NCBI GenBank assembly: GCA_029865605.1
Contig: JAOUGE010000006.1
Location: 1 to 61,471 of the forward strand
DNA: 61,471 bases
Source: Candidatus Berkelbacteria bacterium
Lineage (GTDB): Bacteria; Patescibacteriota; UBA1384; DTJR01
Direction: 5' to 3'
The notes below the pieces were generated by a model. It saw only the letters and a list, made by a program, of their open reading frames with translations, did not search any database and was not told where the DNA came from. Positions 18,217 to 25,439 of the stretch are shown one piece after another. Numbering within the stretch: position 1 is the first letter of the stretch; every line of letters starts with the position of its first letter. A program made the position numbers and the translations under genes.

Positions 18217-18240
18217 ACCAAATCCTCTCGAGGGCGCCAG
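18217..18240 (+). repeat. Direct repeat of the last 24 nt of the tRNA-Arg(CCG) region (CAAATCCTCTCGAGGGCGCCAGAA)
   Basis: Exact copy of 18097-18120, beginning inside the T-loop. Confidence 0.85.
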
Positions 18241-18268
18241 AAATTTTGCATTTTAGCGGAGAGGGTAT

Positions 18269-18343
18269 GCCCGCGTAGTTCAACGGATAGAATATAGGCT
18301 TGCGGAGCCTAGGATATAGGTTCGACTCCTATCGCGGGTACCA
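18269..18343 (+). tRNA. tRNA-Arg (anticodon GCG), CCA encoded
   Basis: Acceptor GCCCGCG/CGCGGGT (G1-U72), anticodon loop TTGCGGA, T-loop TTCGACT. Confidence 0.8.
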
Positions 18344-18348
18344 GAACT

Positions 18349-19575
18349 ATGAAGCAGAATTTTAATATTTCTCTTCTAGATATTAAGAAGGCGGCCGAGA
18401 AACTTCGGCCGATTTTGAGGCCGACAAAGCTCATTTATTCTGATTATTTCTCCGAGATGGCCGGGGCGCAGGTTTATCTTAAACCGGAAAACCTGCAAGT
18501 CACCGGCGCTTATAAGATTCGCGGGGCCTACAATAAAATCAGCCAGCTTACGGAGAAGGAAAAAGCGGGAGGGTTAATTGCTGCTTCGGCTGGCAATCAC
18601 GCTCAAGGGGTAGCTTACGCCGCAAGGAAAGCGAAAGTTCCAGCGACGATTGTTATGCCTGCCTCGACTCCTCTTATTAAGGTCGACGCGACCAAAAAAC
18701 TGGGAGCGAGGGTCGTTTTGGACGGTGACTGCTACGATGATGCCTGTAATGCGGCTAGAAAGATTGAGAAGAAGGAAAAATTAACCTTTATCCACCCGTT
18801 TAACGACTGGGATGTTATTGCTGGGCAGGGAACGATTGGACTGGAGATTATGGAGGAATTGCCCGATGCGGACTATCTTTTGGTTCCAATTGGCGGCGGA
18901 GGGTTGATTTCCGGGATTGCCATTGCCGCTAACGCGATTAATCCAAAGGTTAAAGTTGTTGGGGTTGAGCCATTTGGGGCTGATGCGATGTACCGCTCGG
19001 TCAAGGCGCGAAAGCTGGTTACCCTGAAGTCAGTTTCGACTATCGCCGATGGCGTGGCGGTTAAAAAGGTCAGCGAAACCACCCTTAAAATCGTTTCGAA
19101 ATTAGTTGACGGGATTGTCAGAGTAACCGACACCGAAATAATGGAAGCGTTTCTGGTTCTGTTGGAGCGGCAAAAATTGATTGCCGAGCCGGCGGGAGCG
19201 ATTGCTTGCGCTGCTTTATTTGATTCGAAATTGAACCTGAAAGGCAAGAAGGTGGTCGCTCTCATTTCTGGCGGAAATATTGACGTTTTAACCATTTCCG
19301 CTCTTGTTTCTCGGGGTTTGATTCACCTAGGAAGAGTTTTTGAGTTCTCGGTTGATCTAGTTGACCGGCCTGGTGAGCTGGTGCATGTAGCGAAGATTTT
19401 AGCCGAGAACAAAGCTAATGTAATTAAAATTGTCCACAACCAGTTTGAATCGGTTGAGAGGATAAAGTCGGTTCGTCTGACGATTACAGTTGAAACAAAC
19501 GGGTTTGAGCATATTAAAAAGATTAAAGATGCTTTAAAGGCGGGAGGATATAGTGTTGAAAATCATAAAAACTAA
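18349..19575 (+). CDS. ilvA: Threonine ammonia-lyase (threonine dehydratase) with C-terminal ACT-like domain
   Basis: [24 protein letters not shown]-lysine motif, [10 protein letters not shown], and GGGGLISG glycine loop. Confidence 0.85.
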   Translation: MKQNFNISLLDIKKAAEKLRPILRPTKLIYSDYFSEMAGAQVYLKPENLQVTGAYKIRGAYNKISQLTEKEKAGGLIAASAGNHAQGVAYAARKAKVPATIVMPASTPLIKVDATKKLGARVVLDGDCYDDACNAARKIEKKEKLTFIHPFNDWDVIAGQGTIGLEIMEELPDADYLLVPIGGGGLISGIAIAANAINPKVKVVGVEPFGADAMYRSVKARKLVTLKSVSTIADGVAVKKVSETTLKIVSKLVDGIVRVTDTEIMEAFLVLLERQKLIAEPAGAIACAALFDSKLNLKGKKVVALISGGNIDVLTISALVSRGLIHLGRVFEFSVDLVDRPGELVHVAKILAENKANVIKIVHNQFESVERIKSVRLTITVETNGFEHIKKIKDALKAGGYSVENHKN

Positions 19576-19743
19576 GGGGTCTGCACGTGAATATGCTTTT
19601 GATGGTGAGAAGCGGCAGGTTCGTAGCGAAAATTTGCAAAAGCGACGATGCTTATCAAGTACGAAGATAAGGAGAGGAGCTTTGGCGGATTTGCAGCAGA
19701 AGATGCCGCTTCGTAACCAAAATGGTATTCGCGTGCAGACCCC
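19576..19743. repeat. 168-nt element closed by a 19-bp inverted repeat (MITE-like element or structured leader)
   Basis: 19576-19594 pairs with 19725-19743 (17 Watson-Crick plus 2 G-U pairs). An inner 9-bp helix pairs 19609-17 with 19704-12. Confidence 0.7.
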
Positions 19744-20101
19744 AAAAGCTCCGGAGGCAATCGGGCCTTATTCACAAGCCGTGATTTCCGGAGAGTTTAT
19801 TTTTTGCTCGGGGCAGATTGGACTCGATCCGAAAACGGGGAAATTGGTTGAAGGCGGTATTATTGCGCAGGCAGAGCGGGCGATTTTAAATCTAAAGGCA
19901 GTTCTTGAAGAAGCGGGGAGTTCTCTCAAAAACGTGGTTAAAACGACCGTTTATCTAAAAAACATCACTGATTTTCATCTGATGAACGAAATTTACGCTA
20001 ATCATTTTCTCTCTAAACCCGCGCGCGCGACGGTTGAGGTCTCGGCTCTGCCCAAAAACGCGCTGGTTGAGATTGAGTGCATCGCAAGCTCTAAAAATTA
20101 G
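19682..20101 (+). CDS. ridA: RidA/YjgF-family reactive intermediate deaminase
   Basis: [14 protein letters not shown]...GQIGLDP family motifs. The start is uncertain: TTG at 19682 follows an AAGGAGAGGAG SD, and ATG at 19703 is an alternative. The tracked ORF start at 19553 overlaps ilvA and is unlikely. Confidence 0.75.
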   Translation: MADLQQKMPLRNQNGIRVQTPKAPEAIGPYSQAVISGEFIFCSGQIGLDPKTGKLVEGGIIAQAERAILNLKAVLEEAGSSLKNVVKTTVYLKNITDFHLMNEIYANHFLSKPARATVEVSALPKNALVEIECIASSKN

Positions 20102-20104
20102 CGG

Positions 20105-20719
20105 CTACTTATTTTCAATCGTAACTGATTCCATCACGTCGCTGGGGACGATTTTGCGGGTGACGTCGAGCCCTTTGGTTACTTGGCCGAATAGGTTGTA
20201 GTCTTTAGACAAAGTCGGTTGAGCTCCGAGACAGATAAAAAATTGCGAGCCGTTGGTGTTTGGCCCGGAATTGGCCATTGCCACGGCGCCGTCGGTATAT
20301 TCTCCTTGAACGGCTTCGTCTTCGAATTCGTATCCGGGCCCGCCCGCTCCCGTCCCTTGCGGATCGCCTCCCTGAATAACGAATCCGGGGACGACGCGGT
20401 GGAAGGTTAAGCCGTTAAAAAATCCGGCTTCGGTCAGATAGACAAAGTTGCTGACCGTCTTGGGCGCCTTTTCGGAGTAGAGTTCAAATTCAATGACGCC
20501 TTTTTTGGTCTTAATGACCGCTTTTTTGTTTTTGATTTTTTCGTTCGGTAAGATCCCGGGGAAACTGTATTTCCCTTCACTTGGTACACTTTGAGGCGAA
20601 ACCTGGGCCGTTTCATCAGTCATATTTTCTCCATTCTCCGGCGCGGTTGCTTTCTCGGCACAACCGCTAAGAATTATTGACAAAAACATCGCGGCGCAAA
20701 CAATCAGTATTTTTTTCAT
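20105..20719 (-). CDS. Cyclophilin-type peptidyl-prolyl isomerase, probable lipoprotein
   Basis: FHRVVPGFVIQGGDP and SGPNTNGSQFFI motifs. The N-terminal signal ends in LSGC. Confidence 0.85.
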   Translation of the reverse strand: MKKILIVCAAMFLSIILSGCAEKATAPENGENMTDETAQVSPQSVPSEGKYSFPGILPNEKIKNKKAVIKTKKGVIEFELYSEKAPKTVSNFVYLTEAGFFNGLTFHRVVPGFVIQGGDPQGTGAGGPGYEFEDEAVQGEYTDGAVAMANSGPNTNGSQFFICLGAQPTLSKDYNLFGQVTKGLDVTRKIVPSDVMESVTIENK

Positions 20720-20816
20720 TTTGGATCCTAGTATCCAGAATTTACACCAAAAACAACACCAATTTCAAGCATTTGTGCTTAAATCCTGGAGACTAGAACC
20801 TGGAGAGTGGGGCCTC

Positions 20817-21161
20817 TTAAATATTGATTTTCTCGCCGAACTTGCCGATTACCGGGAGTTCTTTTTCCTGTCCGCCGACTGCGTTGACTATTCCCATAAT
20901 GAAGAGGATCAAAACAAGGATCCAACCGATTGTCCCGACTACCCAACCGATAACTGGTATAGCAATAATAACAGAAATGATTATGTCGAAGATTAGAAGA
21001 ACAATCCCCTGTTTTATATGAAATTTAACAAACGGGTCGTTCTTGGCATCGGTCAAAAGGGGAATGAGAACCAAGATACCAAGATAACACAATACTGCCA
21101 TTCCGACGTTTTTACCACCGCCTGATGGCTTGGGGGCTTCATCTGCCATATATCCCTCCAC
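20817..21161 (-). CDS. DUF4870-like small membrane protein
   Basis: LCYLGILVLIPLL..K.DPFVKFHIKQG motif. Confidence 0.55.
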   Translation of the reverse strand: MEGYMADEAPKPSGGGKNVGMAVLCYLGILVLIPLLTDAKNDPFVKFHIKQGIVLLIFDIIISVIIAIPVIGWVVGTIGWILVLILFIMGIVNAVGGQEKELPVIGKFGEKINI

Positions 21162-21267
21162 GTTATTTATTAATTTACTTTACCAATATTAATTATCTAC
21201 TATTTTTTACAACTTGCAAGCGCAAGCTTTTACTCTGTTGGAAGGGGTTATTATGGCTTGAGCGCTT

Positions 21268-21603
21268 TTATTTGTTGAGTAGATAAAAGACTAAACTTAA
21301 TATTATCGTCAGTGCTAATATAGCGGTCAGGGTAAGCCTCTCCCTTTTCGCTTTTTCGGAAAGCTGTGAGAAAGATATCTTTTCTTCTTCCCAGCGATCC
21401 TTATTTTGAAGGCCAATGACGAAGAAAACGATTCCAAATAACGAAAGGAGATAATTCTCCATCGGGATTCCTGCCACTATCCAGATCAAGCCTACTGAAA
21501 AAAGAGAGTAGTAACCTATCCCGTAGGCCTTATTTCGAAATACAAAAATAAAGGCTACAAGCAGGGCGATTATTATTGCTAGGATAATGGCTGACCAAAT
21601 CAT
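21268..21603 (-). CDS. Hypothetical membrane protein
   Basis: 111 aa with 4 hydrophobic segments. Confidence 0.45.
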   Translation of the reverse strand: MIWSAIILAIIIALLVAFIFVFRNKAYGIGYYSLFSVGLIWIVAGIPMENYLLSLFGIVFFVIGLQNKDRWEEEKISFSQLSEKAKRERLTLTAILALTIILSLVFYLLNK

Positions 21604-21696
21604 AATTATTTGTTTTATACCATATCTTTCTTATTTTGTCACTGGCGGAGCGTCGAGAGGGCGGAACTCGAGACTAATTATTTCCTCGTCCCAGAG

Positions 21697-21783
21697 CGGA
21701 GGGTACAGGATTCGAACCTGTGAAAGTCTTTCGACTCAACTGGTTTTCAAGACCAGCGCCATAAACCACTCGGCCAACCCTCC
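21697..21783 (-). tRNA. tRNA-Ser (anticodon UGA), class II
   Basis: Acceptor GGAGGGT/ACCCTCC, anticodon loop CTTGAAA, long variable arm, T-arm CAGG-TTCGAAT-CCTG. Confidence 0.85.
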
Positions 21784-21862
21784 ACTCTGGGGCCTATCGA
21801 GCTTTGCTCGATAACTGTTTGGCGGCTTCGCCTTTAGGTCCCCGCCGGAGGCGGGGCTGCAA

Positions 21863-21900
21863 CAAGACCAGCGCCATAAACCACTCGGCCAGCCCTCTGC
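21863..21900 (-). pseudogene. Orphan 5' half of a tRNA-Ser(UGA)
   Basis: GCAGAGGGCTGGCCGAGTGGTTTATGGCGCTGGTCTTG. Twenty-nine nt are identical to the intact gene. The acceptor strand differs, and homology stops within the anticodon. Confidence 0.7.
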
Positions 21901-21938
21901 TTCATGTAATTTTAGCTTTTTTCCTCTTGAATTTCAAG

Positions 21939-21972
21939 ATATAATCTTGATTTGTTAACCCGTTAGTACTAG
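21939..21972 (+). repeat. 34-nt direct repeat copy R1 (ATATAATCTTGATTTGTTAACCCGTTAGTACTAG)
   Basis: 30/34 identical to 23774-23807. Confidence 0.8.
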
Positions 21973-22011
21973 CCAAGATATTTTTCTTTTTGTGAAAGAT
22001 TAAAAGAATAG

Positions 22012-22824
22012 CTAGGAAACGGCAATATCCCGCTTAGAGAACCAAATCGCCGCGACAATGGTCAGAACTATAATCACCCCGCCGAAAACAATATATGACC
22101 AATTATCAATAGTGTTCTCGATCAGAGATTTGTTGGCATCGAAATAATAGAAGAAAGAGAAATACTGTAAGTCTTTAAGATTTCCTTTTAGAGAAGCAAT
22201 AATTTTCAAGACATACATCACAATCAAAATTCCAACAGGAATAAAGTAAGCTTTCCCTTTTGAATTAAAAATAACCGAAAAGAAAAAGGCAATGCTCATT
22301 ATTGACCAAGCGAAGAGCATGGCGACTATAAAGGTAGTCAGATAGTGCGAGGCTTGATAATCAATATTATACGCCGCGGCCAAAGGTATGGCGGCAAAAA
22401 CCGAGACGGCGGTAAAAAAAGCGATAATCGCCAGTCCAGCCAGATATTTGGCAAGAAATATTTTTATTCTCGAGATAGGAAGCTCCAGAAGCGTTTCAAT
22501 CGTGCCTGCTTCTATCTCTCCAGCGATTGAGGCTCCGCCAATCGATACTGTAAGAGCAATCACCAGAATCGGCCAGATAAAATTAAACTGCTCCATCGCC
22601 AAAAAATTCTCAATCGTGGAAAAGATGGAGCCGGTATCTTGAATACCAAAGGCATCCATGAATTCTTTGGGATAATACTCCATCATTTGATTAAATTGCT
22701 CCCTTTTGTCGGCAAAAGAGGGGAACAAACCAACATACATCCACAAAAAAACAATAGTTCCTATACAATAAATCAGGAGCATAGTCCTGCGGTCTTTAAT
22801 TGTCCTTAGAAAGATTGCTTTCAT
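22012..22824 (-). CDS. ABC-2 type transporter permease
   Basis: 270 aa with 6 TM segments. Overlaps the upstream ATPase gene by 4 nt. Confidence 0.7.
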   Translation of the reverse strand: MKAIFLRTIKDRRTMLLIYCIGTIVFLWMYVGLFPSFADKREQFNQMMEYYPKEFMDAFGIQDTGSIFSTIENFLAMEQFNFIWPILVIALTVSIGGASIAGEIEAGTIETLLELPISRIKIFLAKYLAGLAIIAFFTAVSVFAAIPLAAAYNIDYQASHYLTTFIVAMLFAWSIMSIAFFFSVIFNSKGKAYFIPVGILIVMYVLKIIASLKGNLKDLQYFSFFYYFDANKSLIENTIDNWSYIVFGGVIIVLTIVAAIWFSKRDIAVS

Positions 22825-23690
22825 TTGTAAAATTCAAAAAATATATCTTCTAAACTCGCGCGGCGGATTTCTAAATCCTCTAATTTATGCTGGTTTAGTA
22901 TTTTTATCACCGGATTAATGTCTTCTTTGACTACAAGCTCAACACGGTTTTTATATTCGTTTTTTATTTCCACCCCATCTGCCTTGAAAACTGAAGTGTT
23001 AAACTCTTTATCAAAGGTTGCTATCAGATTGTACATCCTTTTCCTTTTAAGGTCGGCTATGCGCTCGGTGGCGACTAATTTTCCCTCTTTAATAATCGCG
23101 ACCTTGGAACAAACTTTTTCAACCTCTGAAAGATTATGCGAAGACATAAAAACAGTCTTGCCTTTACTTCGGATCTTATCGAGTGTCTGATAAATTCTTT
23201 CTTGCAAAATTGGGTCGAGCCCAGCGGTCGGCTCGTCCATAATCAAAATATCAGGATCAGACATCATAGACAAAACAAGTGATAATTTTTGCTTGTTGCC
23301 GGTTGACAGCTGCCAGACCTTGCGCGATAAATCAAGCTCCAAATCTTTCGCCAATTCATCAGCGCGGTGTGAATTGCCCTTAATCGCTTTAATAAAATCG
23401 ACATGGTCCTTACCGGTCCAACCCTTATACAATCTGCTTTCAGGCGAAAGATAGCCAATATGTTTCTTTAGTTTAACTGAATCTTCTTCAGCATTCTTGC
23501 CTAATAACTTGATTTCACCCTCGGTTGGCCGCAGAAAATCCATCATCAATCTGATAGTAGTGGTTTTGCCAGCACCATTGGGGCCCAAAAAGCCAAAAAT
23601 TTCGCCTTTCTCGACCTCAAAACTGATGCCATCAACCGCTTTGACTTTGCCGAAATGCTTTTTTAGATTTTTAACTTCAATTGCGTTCAT
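22821..23690 (-). CDS. ABC transporter ATP-binding protein
   Basis: Walker A GPNGAGKTT, signature LSTGNKQKL, Walker B ILIMDEP. Confidence 0.85.
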   Translation of the reverse strand: MNAIEVKNLKKHFGKVKAVDGISFEVEKGEIFGFLGPNGAGKTTTIRLMMDFLRPTEGEIKLLGKNAEEDSVKLKKHIGYLSPESRLYKGWTGKDHVDFIKAIKGNSHRADELAKDLELDLSRKVWQLSTGNKQKLSLVLSMMSDPDILIMDEPTAGLDPILQERIYQTLDKIRSKGKTVFMSSHNLSEVEKVCSKVAIIKEGKLVATERIADLKRKRMYNLIATFDKEFNTSVFKADGVEIKNEYKNRVELVVKEDINPVIKILNQHKLEDLEIRRASLEDIFFEFYK

Positions 23691-23749
23691 GTTTTTTATT
23701 GTACTATACTACTGATTATTAAAAATATAAACCCGTTCTATTATTTATT

Positions 23750-23780
23750 TTAGGATAGAGCTAATGATTCTGTATATAAT
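23750..23780 (+). promoter_or_regulatory. Candidate promoter TTAGGA-17-TATATAAT upstream of island D
   Basis: Hexamers read directly. The -10 lies inside repeat copy R2. Confidence 0.35.
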
Positions 23781-23807
23781 CTTGCTTTTTTAACCCGTTG
23801 GTGCTAG
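23774..23807 (+). repeat. 34-nt direct repeat copy R2
   Basis: ATATAATCTTGCTTTTTTAACCCGTTGGTGCTAG. Confidence 0.8.
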
Positions 23808-23853
23808 TTTTGTACCAGTTCGTTGACAACATCACTTACGGAGGTGAGGCGCC

Positions 23854-24117
23854 GTGATCTGTCTTGGGGTGATGGGGGCACTTGTGCTGTTTGTCCTCGC
23901 TGCGATGTTACTCGTCAAGGCCTGCGGGCTGCCTGTGCACCTCTCGCTCGAGGCCCTCCTCGAAACGGTGTTCCCGTGGGCGCTACTCATTCTCGCGATC
24001 GTTGTCTCGATCGTGGTAATCGTGCTCTACGGTCCAATCTGGTGGGCGCAGGGGTGGGCAAGAGAAAGGGGCGATGCGCTCCGGTTTCGGCTAGCTGCCA
24101 GGAGGGTCAAGGCATGA
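23854..24117 (+). CDS. Small membrane protein (87 aa, 2 TM)
   Basis: GTG start after a GGAGGTGAGG SD. Hydrophobic segments present. The stop overlaps the next ATG (ATGA). Confidence 0.45.
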   Translation: MICLGVMGALVLFVLAAMLLVKACGLPVHLSLEALLETVFPWALLILAIVVSIVVIVLYGPIWWAQGWARERGDALRFRLAARRVKA

Positions 24118-24293
24118 AGGCGGCTCTGGTGGTTTTGGTCATCATCGCTGTTGTCGTAATCCTAGCCCCCGCTGTCTGGGGGCTGATTGAGACGGATGTC
24201 GAAGATGACTCTGTCTCGATCGACCGAGGGACACCGCCGCAGACTGGCTATGAGGAGTGTCGGTCTGTGGGCTGTGAGCTGTGTTGCCCGTGA
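24114..24293 (+). CDS. Small single-pass membrane peptide with Cys-rich C-terminus (59 aa)
   Basis: GGAGGG SD lies 7 nt upstream. Sequence is MKAALVVLVIIAVVVILAPAVWG...ECRSVGCELCCP. Confidence 0.4.
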   Translation: MKAALVVLVIIAVVVILAPAVWGLIETDVEDDSVSIDRGTPPQTGYEECRSVGCELCCP

Positions 24294-24307
24294 AGGGAGG
24301 GAGCGTC

Positions 24308-24475
24308 ATGAACGAAGCAACAAATGCACTTGGTCTGCTGATAGCGCTTATCGTCTTTGACGCTCTGGTCGGTGTCGGACTCATTATCCTCGGAGCCGTC
24401 TGGCTCTACTCGCTGCAAAGGGAGGAACGAGCATGTCATGGATCTGGTGGACGGCGGCGGCCGTCGTCGTCGTGA
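24308..24475 (+). CDS. Small single-pass membrane peptide (55 aa)
   Basis: AAGGGAGGGAG SD. TM segment LGLLIALIVFDALVGVGLIILGAVWL. Confidence 0.35.
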   Translation: MNEATNALGLLIALIVFDALVGVGLIILGAVWLYSLQREERACHGSGGRRRPSSS

Positions 24476-24561
24476 CCGTCTTGATAGTTGTCGGAGCAGC
24501 CCGGAACGCGGGCTGGGCCGAGCGCCAGGCCGAAAGGCCGGATTGGGTGAGGGAGGAGTGA
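24433..24561 (+). CDS. Small single-pass membrane peptide (42 aa)
   Basis: GGGAGG SD lies 7 nt upstream. Sequence is MSWIWWTAAAVVVVTVLIVVGAAR... It is below the ORF-track length cutoff, so I translated it by hand. Confidence 0.3.
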   Translation: MSWIWWTAAAVVVVTVLIVVGAARNAGWAERQAERPDWVREE

Positions 24562-24578
24562 GCGTATGACGCTGTTCA

Positions 24579-24621
24579 GGGGCCGACCCAAGCTCCGCTT
24601 GAAGCGGAGTGCGGGCGGCCC
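24579..24621 (+). repeat. Nested GC hairpin GGGGCCGACCC[..GCTCCGC-TTGAA-GCGGAG..]GGGCGGCCC
   Basis: Direct reading. Same apex stem as 12621-12659 and 14947-14964. Confidence 0.65.
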
Positions 24622-24638
24622 TTTGTCGTTTCAAAAAA

Positions 24639-24660
24639 CCGCCCTTGGGGCGGTCTTTTC
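24639..24660 (+). terminator. Intrinsic terminator CCGCCC-TTG-GGGCGG + TCTTTTC
   Basis: A-run, stem and T-run. Probably bidirectional with the convergent TPR gene. Confidence 0.65.
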
Positions 24661-24694
24661 TTTATTATCTTTTACTTTTTAGCTTTTAGCTAAA

Positions 24695-25327
24695 TTATCC
24701 CCCGATTTCCGATTCAAACCCGAACTGTTTGGCTTTGGCGAATTCCTGCTTGGCAGCCTCGGGGTTTTTGAGCTCGGCGTAAACTAAAGATTGGAGATAA
24801 TGGCATCGTCCGCAGGTAGGGTCGATGGCAAGGGCTTTTTCAAAACTAATTCTGGCTTCTCCAAACCTGTCGGTTGAGAGGTAGATTTGGCCGAGATTGA
24901 CATAGCCGTCGCGCCATTTTGAGTCGCGCTCGACGGCAATTTCCGCTGCGGCAATGGCGCGGTCGCCATCGCCCTGCTTTAAGTACTCTTGGCTTAACAG
25001 CACGTATGAATAGGCATCGGTTCCCTTACTTGCAACCTCGGTTTTAATTGATTCGAGCCGTTGGCGATATTCTTCTTCTCTGGCAAGCTGATTCTGCCTT
25101 TGTTTTTCGACGACCACCTCATAGGTTTTTTTGATGCCAACGTAAGCCGCAATTATGATAACGAAAGCCAGCGCAATCCCGCCGATTGTTTTCCAGGGCA
25201 GCTTTATTCTCTTAAAGAAAGAAAAATCAATAGATATTGGAAACTCTCGCTCGATCCTTCTTCTGGCTTGGCCAATCTCTGCCTTGAGCTGGGGGGAGAG
25301 TTTGTATGATTTAATCTTATCGCTCAT
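24695..25327 (-). CDS. Membrane-anchored TPR-repeat protein
   Basis: One TM segment, a coiled region, then TPR-like repeats (LLSQEYLKQGDGDRAIAAAEIAVE..., LGQIYLSTDRFGEARISFEKALAIDP). Confidence 0.7.
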   Translation of the reverse strand: MSDKIKSYKLSPQLKAEIGQARRRIEREFPISIDFSFFKRIKLPWKTIGGIALAFVIIIAAYVGIKKTYEVVVEKQRQNQLAREEEYRQRLESIKTEVASKGTDAYSYVLLSQEYLKQGDGDRAIAAAEIAVERDSKWRDGYVNLGQIYLSTDRFGEARISFEKALAIDPTCGRCHYLQSLVYAELKNPEAAKQEFAKAKQFGFESEIGG

Positions 25328-25376
25328 CTAATCCTCAGGTTTGTGTCAGCATTACGTTTGTTGGTGGGCTGATACT

Positions 25377-25439
25377 TGAATTATGAAGTATGAATTATGA
25401 ATAATGGACCATAATTCTTAATTCACTATTCATTATTCA
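25377..25439. repeat. 31-nt-arm AT-rich imperfect palindrome
   Basis: TGAATTATGAAGTATGAATTATGAATAATGG against the reverse complement of CCATAATTCTTAATTCACTATTCATTATTCA. About 24/31 positions match, and the right arm overlaps the valS stop. Confidence 0.6.

Larger units (their letters stand above)
23835..24625. other. GC-rich island D
   Basis: Composition shift. Holds four micro-ORFs plus a GC hairpin. Confidence 0.7.

Noticed and set aside
23691-23853. Prophage or integrative element spanning the ABC-2 operon and island D because of the flanking 34-nt repeats.
   Set aside because: There are no integrase, transposase or phage genes between or beside the repeats. The repeats contain promoter-like sequence, which is a simpler explanation for their similarity. 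It is reported only as a repeat observation.
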